Shown: positions 35,439 through 48,230, numbered from the stretch's first letter. The stretch is 64,000 nucleotides of DNA from Octopus sinensis (GCF_006345805.1 NC_042997.1:87110001-87174000); one strand, 5' to 3'. A program made the numbers and translations. The notes: a model not told the origin generated them from the letters alone.

Positions 35439-37657
35439 TAACTATAAAGACTTTACATAGATGGAAGTAAATGCGGGCTGGACAACAACATAAATGAAAT
35501 GAATGATGAGTGAAATAATGATATTGATGAGGGAAGCAGACAACGCACGCCGATCGCTGTCTCCCGAAAACATTGTTCTTTTTTTCTCTTTTATAAAAAC
35601 AAATTAAGGTTATAAACTTCTTACTATAGTTCAGTGGGACACAAGCCTCTTACATTTTTCACAAATGGACTCCACGTCCTTACAAAATGAGGCACTAAGC
35701 CTCTTACCTTTTTTTACAACTCAAGCATTAAAGCTTCTTACTTCCATGCCCGACTAGGCACACTGCCTCATTCAATCACCTGGACGGTGCCAAGTCGGGG
35801 CACTTTAGCATAAATTTAAATATATCCTCAAGGAAGGAATTCATTATCCTGCACACGTCGGTTTCTCCAATGACCTCCGCAACCACCTGCAGAAGTCAAT
35901 CGGGGTCCCCAGTGCAGGACAGAATCCCTTCCCTCTGGCCTCTTTTTATCACCTTCCTTACAAAGTTCTCTAAATCACCCCCACCCTTGTGAAAGAGGAT
36001 TACAAATTCCTTGTCTATCAGATAGGAACGGGCCACAGTTTCTTCCGTCGGTGGCACAATTACCACCGACGGTGTTTCGGAACATGCCGGCAGTGTGTTA
36101 GTAACCACCGGCAATGCCTCGTTTTTCTTCTTTTTTTTCTTTTGCCACTGGAGGGTGGAGTTCTTCCGTTTTGTCCGGAATATTTTCCTTACCTCCCGCA
36201 GCCTTAGGATCCCTCGGTGGGCAACCACTGCCACCCACCTTCGTCCTCCTTCGGCCCTTTTTCGTGGAGGAGGCCTCCATCTCCTCGATCATCTCTCTCT
36301 CTCCCTCCGAACGAGGAGTGGAGGGGGGGGCTCTTCCTCAACTGACTGCTCCAGGACCCTACTCTTATTCTGGGGACTGTTCTTTTTTATATGGCCTGGT
36401 TCCAGGCACAAGTGAAACTTGGAGGGGCGTCCATCAAGTATCACCAGATACCTGTTAACAGCCATAATCAGAAAATCTGTGAAGACCAGATTCTTAGCTG
36501 ATTGGGTCCACAGGGTCAAAACAGCTTTTGGCTCAACCCAATCAGCCGCCGGCAACATTTTTACATTAAGTAGCTTGGATCTGCTGCCACCCAGACCCCG
36601 GCGGACAGTATCTTCTATCCACTCAGATTCCATTCCCGGTGGCAACCCGCAGACCCAAGCTCTTGTCAACTTCTTCCCACAGTATGTGGGAAGATACAGG
36701 ATCTCCTGGCCCTCCAAGGGATGGCTCGCAAAGTTGCGAGCCTCCTCAGGGGTGTCAAATAGTAATCACACCGTTGCATGCTTGGCACCCCTGGAAATAA
36801 ATTTTTCTTTTGCCACTGGAGGGTGGAGTTCTTCCGTTTTGTCCGGAAGATTTTCCTTCCCTCCCGCAGCCTTAGGATCCCTCGGTGGGCAACCACTGCC
36901 ACCCACCTTCTCAATCTCTATCTTTTTGAAGACGGCGATGGTGTCGAGCGACTTTGAATAAGTCCTCAACACCAGTTGAGTCTTTCACCCACTCTTTGGG
37001 TGGGACAATCTCCCACTCCAACACCGTGTTCGTTTTTTCAGCCATGTTTTGGAAGAAGAAAAGTTCACACAAAAAAGTTAAAATTAGTTCAAAAAATAAA
37101 TCACAAAAATAGGAAAGAAAGAAGAAGGAAAGAAAACAGTCCAAAACATAGCGACTTCAATCTTCTGGTCGACTGGTTTAGCAACAGGAACACAGCAACC
37201 GGAACAAAGCTTCACAAATTTCACCCATAAATTGATACAAAAATTGGTAAAAAAAAATTTCATAATTTTTGGAGGTGGGATACGTCCCCAAAACACTGCA
37301 CATAACTTCCGGCAACCGGTACCCCAAGCCAACCAAATAGTAGCAGGAACACAGCAACAGGAACACAAAAACAATAAAGTTCACAATTTTTGGAAGCGGG
37401 ATACGCCCCTAAAACAACTTACTTCTCACCGCTAAGTGAGATGCTTATGCCCAACTGCAGGCAGACAAATGCCCGGAATCCAGTGAGGATTTCTTGCTTG
37501 AAAATAAAAATAAACACCAAACAACAAACCCTCACTAAATCCCAATAAGCAAAAGTCCTACCTTGCAGTTGAGCTTCACTTAGTTCGCCACGCTGCAAAC
37601 CAGCGTCACCACTTCTTTTAGTACAAAGAAAACCACTGACAACAACGCATGCGCGGA
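35437..37657 (-). mobile_element. ORF1-only non-autonomous Tx1-type retroelement, copy 3 (~2.2 kb)
   Basis: Same 5' start (TCCGCGCATGCGT), same 3' motif (GCGGGCTGGACA on plus), homologous ORF1 and no ORF2. Sits between the two halves of a SINE-A head. Confidence 0.8.
35728..37045 (-). pseudogene. Tx1-type ORF1 of copy 3 (broken)
   Basis: MAEKTNTVLEWEIVPPKEW...RAWVCGLPPG...LDGRPSKFHLCLEPGHIKKNS, with internal stops at positions different from copy 1. Confidence 0.8.
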
Positions 37658-38193
37658 AGCAAGCTTCTTACCACATAGCCACACATACGTTTTATACATA
37701 AAAGCAATTTAGCAGTAAACCGAAATATTGCTCAATCCTTTATAGTAGAGGACATATTTTTTACATTTTGCAAAGAAAACGTTGATAGTGACATCGAAGT
37801 TTCAGTTTGCTCGTCGTCATCAAAATACATTAGGAATACATAGACGAACAGAATCTACCCGAATTGCATCAATTGCTCAAGAAATATAGTTCAGTGCTGT
37901 GTAATCTAATATGATATCTAACTTTTACTGAGTAAAAAGAAAAAATACATTTGAATGCATATATATATATATATATTATATATATATATATACGCACACA
38001 CACGTACACACACAAACACACACATATAGTTCAAATTTAGAAAAAATTGAAAACGAAGACAGGTGAAGGAATATTAAGCAGATGTATTAGTTTGACACTC
38101 GGAAAGAATGGGAAAGTCTTTGACGTTACGAGCCTACGTTCTTCGACAGGATGAAATTACCGGAGGATATATATATATATATATATATAATAT

Positions 38194-38239
<46 letters not shown>

Positions 38240-38331
38240 GTATATATATGGTGTGTGTGTGTGTGTTTATTTATTCATATTGACACATATGAATGTTTTT
38301 TTAATACTTATAAAATATGAATATATATATA

Positions 38332-38379
<48 letters not shown>

Positions 38380-38380
38380 T

Positions 38381-38761
38381 AAAAATACATATAAATAAAA
38401 CCCATATGGGGTACTATGGAAGGAAGTGTGAAAAAGGAGAACTGATAAAAAAAATTTTCCTACTAAAATTAAGAGCGCTTAATTAAAAGATCCATAGAGT
38501 TCGATGTGTTGTTTTTAATATATGAAGGGTATATAAGGCATATAATACAGTTCGAGGCCGAAGAAAGTGAACTTCCTCGAACTATATTATATGCCTTATA
38601 TACCAGTTATATATTTTTAAAAAACGCATCGAACTCTATGGATGTTTTAATTGAAACTCTTCACCGCTCTTAATTTTAGTACAAAACAATTTTTATCAAT
38701 TCTCTTTTTATACACTTCCTTCCATACTTATCCTACATTGGTTTTATTTACATGTATATTT
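38381..38761. repeat. ~380-bp palindrome (about 175-bp arms, 17-nt loop) within (TA)n
   Basis: Arms 38381-38557 and 38575-38761 are diverged reverse complements around CCGAAGAAAGTGAACTT. Confidence 0.85.
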
Positions 38762-38961
38762 ATATTTATATATATATTTATATTTTATAAATATTTTTTC
38801 TAAATATCCACGTGTCAATATGTATTAATATATGTATGCGCATTTTAAGTCGAATTTATAACTGTATGAGTATGATTGCTTAATTTGAGTTTATCTCTTA
38901 TTTCTTATCTTTTGTCTCGGGTTCCACCCGAGTACTTCTTAAACAGTTCTATATATATATA

Positions 38962-40258
38962 CGAGGGGCGTTCAATAAGTAATGCCCCTGATCCACTTCC
39001 CATAGGAGTAGAGCAACGAAACTTGGCACAGTTATTAGTCTTTTTCTACACAGAAACCACCCAGAGTTACGCATTTCTCCCATCGTTTGATGCAGCTCTG
39101 GAGACCGTTTTTGTAGAAGACCCCAGCTTGGTCCACCAACCACGACGTGACTTCAGAAATCAAGGCTGCATCATCTTGGAAACGCTTTCCTTTCAAAAAC
39201 AACTTCATGGCTGGGAAGAGGTGAAAACCAGAGGGTGCAAGGTCAAGAGAGTAGGGAGGATGGGGGAGGAGTTCATAGCCGCACGCCTGTGCTTCTGATC
39301 TGGCGACACACGAGTTGTGGACCGGAGCGTTGTCCTGCAGGAGGAGGATGCCTTTGCTGATCTTGCCCCGCCTCTTGATTTTGATAGCTTCTCTTAATTT
39401 CCTCAAAAGTGAAGCATAATAGGCTCCTGTAATTGTGGTACCCTTTGCCAGGAAATCTGTCATCACTACTCCGTCCTGGTCCCAGAAGACTGTGAGCATG
39501 ACCTTGCCAGCGGAGGGCTGCACCCTTGCCTTCTTTGGAGGAGGTGAGTCACGGTGCTTCCACTGCATTGACTGGGCTTTGGTCTCTGGATCATAGTGAT
39601 GGACCCAGGTTTCATCCTGTGTAATCAGTCTTTTGAAAAATTTTGACTCATCTTCTTGGCACATCTCCAAATTCATCCTCGAGCACTCGACGCGTTCTTG
39701 CTTCTGGAAAGGTTTGAGCAACCTGGGAATCCATCTGGCAGACACCTTTTGCATATGCAAATGGTCATGAATGATAGTTTCCACAGACCCGGTACTAATC
39801 TTGACCTCATGGGCTATTTAGCGAATAGTTATGCGTCGATCTTCCAAAATGGCAGCATCAACTTGACGGACAGATGTCTCATCAATGGCAGAAGGGGGGG
39901 GGGCGACCAGATCTGGGAGCTGTTTCTACAGAGTTCCGACCATGTTTGAATTCACGATGCCACCGTTTTACAAGATCATATGATGGGGCATCATCACCAT
40001 AAGTTACTTTCATTTCATCAAAAGTCTCCCGTGGTGTACGTCCTTTCAAATACAAAAACCGGATCACTGCTCGACACTCAACAGGCTCCATTTCACACTT
40101 GACTCAGTTCAAACACCTGTAAATCAGAAACCACAATTAGTTCAGAACTGTAATTTGCCAGTTAATCTATAGAGATATAAATAATTGCACATGAAAAATT
40201 TCAGCTATATCAAACAACTGCAAGTGGGTCAGGGACATTACTTATTGAACGTCCCTCG
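38962..40258 (-). mobile_element. Mariner (DD34D) DNA transposon, full length 1297 bp, inactive
   Basis: Imperfect TIRs CGAGGGGCGTTCAATAAGTAATGCCCCTGATCCACTT / AAGTGGGTCAGGGACATTACTTATTGAACGTCCCTCG, with TA on both sides. Confidence 0.95.
39035..40091 (-). pseudogene. Mariner transposase pseudogene
   Basis: WIPRLL, QDETWVHHYDP, LQDNAPVH and YSLDLAPSG. The third catalytic D, 34 residues after D2, is replaced by G. Frameshift in the C-run near 39895 and an in-frame TAA. Confidence 0.9.
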
Positions 40259-40284
40259 TATATATATATATATATATATATATA

Positions 40285-40440
40285 TCTTGTTTCGGTTATT
40301 GGACTGCAGCCATGGTTAGGCACTGCTTTGCGGTTTTTAGTTAAACAAATTGACCCTAGTACTTATTTTCAAAGTCTGGTATATACTCTATCGGCCACAA
40401 CTGCCGAACTGCTACGTTACATCAACACTAATTGTTGAGT
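40285..40440 (-). mobile_element. SINE-A 3' half
   Basis: CTTGTTTCGGTTATTGGACTGCAGCCATG... Confidence 0.7.
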
Positions 40441-40689
40441 CATATACTGCTTTAGAATGTCTTTTCCATAATTACAATTTTCTTTTTATCGTTTCTCCAG
40501 GAAACAAATGGTAGCACCCATGACCCACCCTTCTTATTTACTTATTTCTTTTTTCAGGGTTTCAGTAATTTGTATGCGGAAAAGAAATTTTCTATAAAAT
40601 GAAAACCAGCTTTCAGTGCTTGCAACACGCTAAACTCTACTAAAGCCCCCTGTTCGACGTTCTTGGAATTTTATTCTGTCTTCGAATCA

Positions 40690-41012
40690 TTGTAGCTGCC
40701 TTTCATCCTTTCGGGGTCGATAAAATAAATACCAGTCGAGCAGTGGAAGCGATATAATCGACTAGCCCGCTCCTACAAAATTTCAAACCTTCAGCTGACA
40801 GAATCGTTAGGATGCCGGGCAAAATGCATAGCGGCATAATGTCCGTCTTTATGTTTTAAGTTCAAATTCCACCGAGGTCAACTTCGCCGTTCATCATTTC
40901 AGGGTCGATAAGATAAGTACCAGTCGAGCAATGAGGTCAATGTAATTGACTTGTTCCCTCCCACCAAATTTCAGGATTATTATTATAATTATTATTATTA
41001 TTATTATTATTA
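40690..41012 (+). mobile_element. Two SINE-B copies, the second ending in (ATT)n
   Basis: Family B cores at ~40695 and ~40860. Confidence 0.75.
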
Positions 41013-41014
41013 TT

Positions 41015-43406
41015 CAGTAGTTTTATTTTATAGCGTGCTTTCATTTCACTACCGAGCGCAGCTCTGTGTGCCTTGGGTATGTGCTGTGATTTGTTGTGAT
41101 GCTCTATTGGTTATTGTATGGAAAGTGTTCTGCGTAGGATGTGTGCAGTGCCTAGTAGTGCAATTTTCTGTATGTTATATGTGTTTGTAAGTCCTGGTGT
41201 TTTTGTTATGTATTTGTCTGAATATTTTTTTATCATGCCTAATGCACCTACTATGATAGGAATTGTTTCTGTTTTCAGGTTCCACATTCTAGTTACCTCT
41301 ATTTCCAGGTCTTTGTATTTTGAGAGTTTCTCCATTTCTTTTAGAGACACGTTGTCATCTGCCGGTATTGATACATCAATTAGAAAGCATTTTTTTTCTT
41401 CATGATCTCTGACAACTATATCTGGTCTGTTGGCCTTAATTTCTCTATCTGTGTGTATCGGCATATCCCAGAGTATGGTTGCTTTCTCGTTTTCTGTGAC
41501 CTTTTCTGGTGTGTGCCTATACCATCTTTTTTCTGTTGTTATTCCATAATGTTGGCATAGCTTCCAATGTATGTAGGTTCCAACTCTGTCATGTCTGTGA
41601 ATATATTCCTTCTTAGCCAGGACTGGGCAGCTAGAGATAATATGATTTATTGTTTCTTGTCCATCTCCACATATTCTGCAGTTACTTGTAATATTTCTTT
41701 TCATTACATGTTTTTGGTAATTTCTGGTGGGGAGGCTTTGGTCTTGTGCTGCAATTAAAAATCCCTCTGTTTCTGCTTTGAGTCCTGAGCTTCTCAACCA
41801 TTGCTGGGATTTTTCTTTGTCTATTTCTTTTGCGTTTAGTTTAGTGCAGTATTTACCATGAAGGGGCTTTTCTTGCCATCGTTTTATCATGGCTCGTTGC
41901 TGTTCTATTTTTAGTTTGGATTTCATTTGTTTTATAGCTTTTGTTGTTTCTTCATCATCTCTTCTTCTTCTTTGTGTTTATTAGGTGGTATGATTTCTTG
42001 TTTGTATTTGTCAGCTTCTTAAATACTGAGAACAGTTTTTTGTTTTGCTCGTGTTTTGCTGCTATCTGGATCAGTTTTCCTTCCTTCTGAAGTAGGTATT
42101 TTTGTAGTCCTATGGTGGTTATTTTATAGTAGTTTTCCAGCTGTATAAGGCCTCTACCACCTTCTATACGTTGTATATATAGTCTTTCTATGTCAGATTT
42201 TGGGTGATGCATCCTAGATCCTGTCAGTATTTTTCTTGTTTTCCTATCTATTTTGGACAGTTCATTTCGTGTCCAGTTAAGGATATTGTAGCTGTAACTT
42301 ATAACTGGGACAGCTAAAGTGTTGATACCTATTATCTTGTTTTTAGCATTGAGCTCTGTTTTTAGTATTGATCTAACTCGTCTATAATATTCTTTTTTAT
42401 TTTCTCTTTCATTTGTGTGTGTTGTGTCTTATCTAGTTCATGGATTCCTAAGTATTTGTAAGTTTGGCTTTGGTCTAATTCTTTTATTTCATTGGTTTTA
42501 TCTAGTGTGATGTTGTTACTCTTAACTAGTTTTCCTCTTTTCATGGTTACTTTGGCGCATTTTTCTAATCCAAATTTCATATCTATTTATTGGTAAATCC
42601 ATGAACTGTCTTTAATAGTGTTTCCAGCTGTTGTCATTTGCAGCGTATAGTTTTAGGTCATCCATATATAAAAGGTGGCTGATCGTTTTGCCGTAACATT
42701 TATATCCGCATCCAGTTCTATTTAGCATATCAGATAGAGGTGACAGTGCCAAGCAGAAAAGGAGTGGAGAGAGCGTGTCTCCCTGGAATATTCCTCTTCT
42801 AATGGGGATGTCTTTGGTTTTCATGAGTCCCTCTTTTGTTTGAAGGTGTAGGACTGTTTGCCATTTATTCATAGAGTGCTCTATGAATTTTATGATTGTT
42901 GGTGCTACTTTGTTAATGGCTAGTGTTTCGAGGATCCATGTGTGGGGGATGCTATCAAACGCCTTTTTGTAGTCAATCCAGGCCATACTGAGGCCTTTCT
43001 TCTTTCTGTGGCTGTCTTCAGTTACGGCTTTATTAATCATTAGTTGATCTTTACAGCCATATGAGCCCTTGCGGCATCCTTTCTGCTCTTCTGGGAACAG
43101 TTTGTTTTCGTCCAGGTGCTTGTTCAGCCTTTGCGATATCACTGCAGTAAATGCCTTGAACATAGTAGGGAGGCAGGTTATTGGTCTGTAGTTTTCTGGT
43201 TTTGTTGTTTCATTTGATTTGGGAATTAAGATGGTTTTCCCCTTCGTGAGCCATTCAGGCATTGTCTCTGGCTCTGCTAGTATGCTGTTAAAGTTTTCAG
43301 CCAGCTTTTTGTGCATTCCTGTTAGATATTTCAACCAGAAGTTGGGGATCTTGTCATGCCCAGGTGCCTTCCAGTTGCTTAGTTTTGCAGTGCCTGGGTG
43401 ACCTCT

Positions 43407-43409
<3 letters not shown>
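41015..43409 (-). mobile_element. R4/Dong-clade non-LTR retrotransposon, 5'-truncated (RT plus restriction-like endonuclease)
   Basis: RPITCLPT, AWIDYKKAFDSIPH, RGIFQGDTLSPLLF, HLLYMDDLKLY, zinc motif CRICG..ETINHIISSC, RHD, RPDIV..FLIDVSIP and KLSKYKDL. (TAA)n on both sides; frameshifts present. Confidence 0.95.
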
Positions 43410-43470
<61 letters not shown>

Positions 43471-43473
<3 letters not shown>

Positions 43474-43665
43474 GGCAGCGAGCTGGAGGAATGTTTAACC
43501 TGCCGGGCGAAATGCTTAGCGGTATTTCGTTTATCGCCACGTCCTGAGTTCAAATTCTACCGAGATCGACTTTGCCTTTCATCCTTTCAGGGTCTATAAA
43601 AACAAGTACCAGTTGAACACTGTAATCGACTCATCCCCAAAGGGTGGCAAAATTTGAAACCATTA
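43471..43665 (+). mobile_element. SINE-B with (ATT)n tail
   Basis: TAAGGCAGCGAGCTGG...CAAAATTTGAAACCATTATT. Confidence 0.85.
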
Positions 43666-43714
43666 TTATTGTTATTATTATTATTGTTGTTGTTATTATT
43701 ATTATTATTAATGA

Positions 43715-44230
43715 GTGAGGGAGCAGCGCATGTCAGCAAAGTGACACTGGGGTACAAATATGCGAATCCCAATATTCTCTACGCGTCTGAAAAGGGTACA
43801 CCGGGCACATGCATCACAACCATATGTGCGCGATATGGTGATTTACAGCACGTGACTGCAGGTGGGACCCAGTTAGAATTTTCTACAAGATAAGTAGCCC
43901 ATCCCACTCAAAAGGTCCCTGAATAAGGGTTGTTCAATGATTCTGAACGGATCATCCATGTGAATTGTTCAAACCACAAAAAATTCCTCTCAACACATGG
44001 CTATGATGCTTCCCCATTATTTCTGCTCGTGATCAGAGATGCACATATCGTCAGCCACCAAAGGACATGCTCAACTGGTTAAGGTCAAACAACTAACAAG
44101 CAAATATGTGGTACTGAGCAGAATATTTACTGTAGCCCATCTTTTATGCCAACACAAAACGATGTACATGATAACACTTCCAATCAGTTAAGATTAGAAG
44201 CCATGAGAGCTAGTGCCTGGTATTACATCA
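43715..44230 (+). repeat. Interspersed repeat family E (longer copy)
   Basis: Its 3' part is homologous to 3045-3295. Confidence 0.65.
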
Positions 44231-44234
44231 GCGC

Positions 44235-44236
<2 letters not shown>

Positions 44237-44300
<64 letters not shown>

Positions 44301-44550
44301 CATTATTACTCTTATTATTGTTATTATTACTCTTATTATTATTGTTGTTGTTATTATTATTATTACTATTATTATTATTATTATTGTTATTATTATCATT
44401 GTTGTTATTATTATTATTATTGTTATTATTATTATTATTATTACTATTGTTGTTATTACTCTTATTATTATTATTATTGTTATTACTCTTATTATTATTA
44501 TTATTATTATTGTTGTTGTTGTTGTTATTATATTATTATTGTTATTACTC

Positions 44551-44599
<49 letters not shown>

Positions 44600-44670
44600 C
44601 ATCATTATTATTACTATTATTATTATTATCATCATCATCATTATTATTATTATTATCATTATTATTATTA
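44237..44670. repeat. Compound (ATT)n/(GTT)/(ATC) microsatellite
   Basis: The source of the poly-L, poly-I and poly-N ORFs. Confidence 0.95.
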
Positions 44671-44955
44671 TAAATTGCTTTTGTGGAAGTTGTTGTTAAA
44701 TAACCCTTACACCTGCTCGAGTCTAAAGCGCTGACTGATGTAAAGCGCATTACTTGATTGCGTGCAGCACATTTCTTTTCTTCTCCATCACCTCATTACA
44801 AACAATAGTTAACTTTAATGTAAACTTTATTTAGTGAATTTCATCACTTACTGTCATTGTCTAGCGCTTAAGGAAAAACTCTGAAGAAACGGGAGAGTGA
44901 TGGAGGAACGGTGAAAGAAAAGGCGGGGAACAAAAATATATCTGAGTAGGTAATG

Positions 44956-44986
<31 letters not shown>

Positions 44987-46970
44987 AGGAAGGACAATAA
45001 ACGATAGAACGAATGAGAGATTAGGGAGCTTAAGGAATACAAGAGAATAATGAAAAAGAGAGTAACATGGAAGAAGTAAATAGGTAAGCTGAGGCATGTC
45101 TGTAAGTCGAATTTGCCCTTCATCCCTTCGTGTTCGATAAAATAAGTACCATTTGAGTACTGGTGTCGACGTAATCGACTGACCCCCTTCCTCGAACTGT
45201 GCCAAAATTTGAAATTAATATTCAAATCGTGTGCTGGTTTGTATATATAAACACACGCATACGTTTACTCAATGTATACATATTAGGCAAGCAGCGAAAT
45301 ACATGTCATGTATATAAACGAATTAGTAATCTAAACGGCGTGGAATATCTCAAACAAGTAGTATTTATTATTATTTTTTTTGATAGTGATATTAATAGTT
45401 TATTTTAGTTTATTTCATTGTTTCAATTGTTAGTATCGTTTTATCGTTAACATATACGAAATTATATTACTGTGATATTGTTTAATATATCTCACGAACG
45501 GCAACAGTGACTGAAACGCTCTTAATGTCGAACACTAAATTTTCATTTGGGTGTTGGCTTTTTCAGATCATACTTGCCACCTCTATATCACAGCTGGATA
45601 AACGTTGCCAGCATATCGAAACATCGCAATGGCAGCTTCGTCCCATGAAAACAGCAAATTGACATAATAGAACGCGTATTACTGTAGACAAGGCAAGCCA
45701 GTGAGAGAACTGCTGTGTGGTCGTTCGACCTACTAAGTATAGCAATTAAATCTCCCTCAAATTACATCTTACTGTCCTAAAAAGGGATGGATACTTTTGA
45801 TAATATAGAGATGGGTTGATTGAATGCCTTCGATCGTAGACTTCCCGAAGAATCCGACAATTCAGCTGCCCTGTCAGTGGGTTTCTGCGTCTGCAATACA
45901 TTTAGTTATTCTAAAAATCAGTTAAGGGAAATATGTTGTTTAGTCCTCAGATCATTCATAGCTGAACAGACTTAAGATTATAGGTGTTTCATCTACCACT
46001 ATTTCGTCTTTCTTTTTAAGACGGCAATCTGGAGGAAATTCCTCTTCTGTTTTTAGATGTTGGACGACAATGTAGAGGCTCCCTAGTTGGCACGTAAAAA
46101 ACCAGTAGATTAGAACAAATCACATCACCTCTCTTTCTCACTTTTTCATTCTTTCTCTGTCTCTCTGTCTCTCTCTGTATCTCTCTGTCTCTCTCTCTAT
46201 CTCTCTCTCTCTCACTTACTAAGTGTTCTCTGAATTCTTTGTCTCATATTTTTCTCATTTCAAAATAAAAAATTATTCCTCCACACTCTTTAGTAAGATT
46301 CTTCCTGTTTGCCTACTAATTTTTCAGTCAAATAAATAATTCAATCCATTACTTAGTTCTGGAGATACAGTAAACAGAAAAGATGAAGAAAAGAACGCTA
46401 TCGTCTAAATAAATACAATAATGTCAGCCGATACTCTGGCACTTTCAGTCGTCTGCTCTTTAATGGCGGTGAAGTGTCAAATCTGAGACCCTAATCCCTT
46501 CTTAATCGACCGCAGAATATATTTATCAGCTCATACATTTGAAGAATTGTTTCTGGTCTTGTTTCGTTCGTCGTTTCCTCTTTCGTATTTTAACACTGAT
46601 ACTTCTTCATTTAATGCCATAACTTTTATGAATACTGTTGTTGTTTTCGTTCTTTGCTTATGGTAACTTTACTTTTAGTTGTTGTGGTTCTATGCTTTTT
46701 TAGTGTTTTTTATTTTATGCTAGAACATTCGTTATAATTGTTAGCTGTTGTTTCTGTAGTTCTACCCATCTTTGATCTTTAAATTTTGATTATTTTTTAG
46801 TTTCTGACACGTGTGTTCCATACGCGAACATACGAACATGCAAATATATTAGATAGATACAAACGACAGATGGATGTTTCTATGTGTATGTATGTATGTA
46901 TGTATGTGCGTCTGTGTGTGTCTGTGTGTGCGTGTGTATACATATATGTATGTATGTATTTATTTATATA

Positions 46971-47187
46971 CAGTAATCCTTCGACTATTGCGGGTGTTAC
47001 GTTCCAAAAACACGCGCGATAGTTGAAAATCTGCGACGTAGAAATAGTACTATATTTTTTAAATATCATTTTTATAATTTGTATATATACTTTTTATCGC
47101 AAATGCGAAACAACACCACGGAGGAATCGACGTAAGTTTAAATAATAAATCGTGATAGGTGAACCGCGATATGGCGACGGATTACTG
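46971..47187. mobile_element. Pogo/Tigger-like MITE (217 bp)
   Basis: TA|CAGTAATCCTTCGACTATTGCGG ... CCGCGATATGGCGACGGATTACTG|TA: imperfect TIRs with a TA duplication. Confidence 0.8.
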
Positions 47188-47397
47188 TATATATTAACTT
47201 AAATTGTTTTTTATAACTGGCATAAAAACAAACGTAAATATATATTTATATGTGTGTGTATATATGTATTTATACATGTGTGTTTGTATGTAATGCGTAT
47301 GAATGCGTGTAGGTGTGTATTTTTGTGTGTACGGATATATATATATATATATATATGTCTGTATGTATGTACACACACGTACACACACACATACACA

Positions 47398-47578
47398 GTG
47401 CCTGTGTGGTAAGAAGCTTGCTTCCCAACCACATGGTTCCAGGTTCACTCCCACTGCATAGTACCTTGGGCAAGTGTCTTCTGCTATAGCCTCGGGTCGA
47501 CCAAAACCTTGAGTGGATTTGGTAGAAAGACTCTGAAAGTAGCGCATTGAAAGTATGTATATATATGTGTGTGTGCGT

Positions 47579-47615
<37 letters not shown>

Positions 47616-47877
47616 CGTATGTATGTATTATGTTTGTATGTGTATGTATGTATACTTGTATGTATGTGTGTATATATGTATATATCTATGCGCGTGTCTT
47701 TGTGTCTGTGTTGTCCCCACCCCATCACCGCTTGATAACTAGTGTTGGTGTGTCCCCGTCCCCGTAACTTAGCGGTTCGGCAGAAAACCGATAAAATTAC
47801 TAGGCTTAAGAAATAAATCCTGGGGTCCTTTGTTCGACTAAAACCCTTCAAAGCGGTGCTCCAGCATGGCCGCAGTT
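47398..47877 (+). mobile_element. SINE-A, full length, with an empty target site
   Basis: Uninterrupted CTGTGTGGTAAGAAGCTTGCTTCCCAACCACATGG head. Confidence 0.9.
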
Positions 47878-48019
47878 GCGAAAGTTACGTTGTTATCCTC
47901 ATTCCGTAAACGGTGGCTTTTAACGGGTGGAGGGTTGAACCATCCTGGGGTACAGAGGATTCGCAATCTAGACTAGGGTCTGTAAGTTTACCACACCATA
48001 GTGGGTTACACCATGGTTC

Positions 48020-48230
48020 CTCTGCTTTGTTGCAGAAGTAGGAAGGAAGAGTGAGATAAAGTTGTGGTGAAAGAGTACAGTGGGGTTCACCACCCTCCCC
48101 GCCGGAGCCTCATGGAGTTCAGGTGTTTTTTTTCAATAAACACTCACAATGCCTGGTCTGGGAATCGAAACCGCGTTCTTACGACCACGAGTCCGCTGCC
48201 TTAACTACTGGGCCATTGCGCCTCCACTTG
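48020..48230 (-). mobile_element. SINE (C-type head, variant body)
   Basis: Homologous to 32055-32355. Confidence 0.8.

Noticed and set aside
38105-38150. Minus-strand GAAGAACGTAGGCTCGTAACGTC resembling a minimal Penelope hammerhead
   Set aside because: Core positions are mutated (no CUGA, GTAA for GAAA); at best a dead relic.
47398-47470. tRNA-like sequences at SINE heads
   Set aside because: They have A/B boxes but no complete cloverleaf and run into SINE cores, so they are not tRNA genes.
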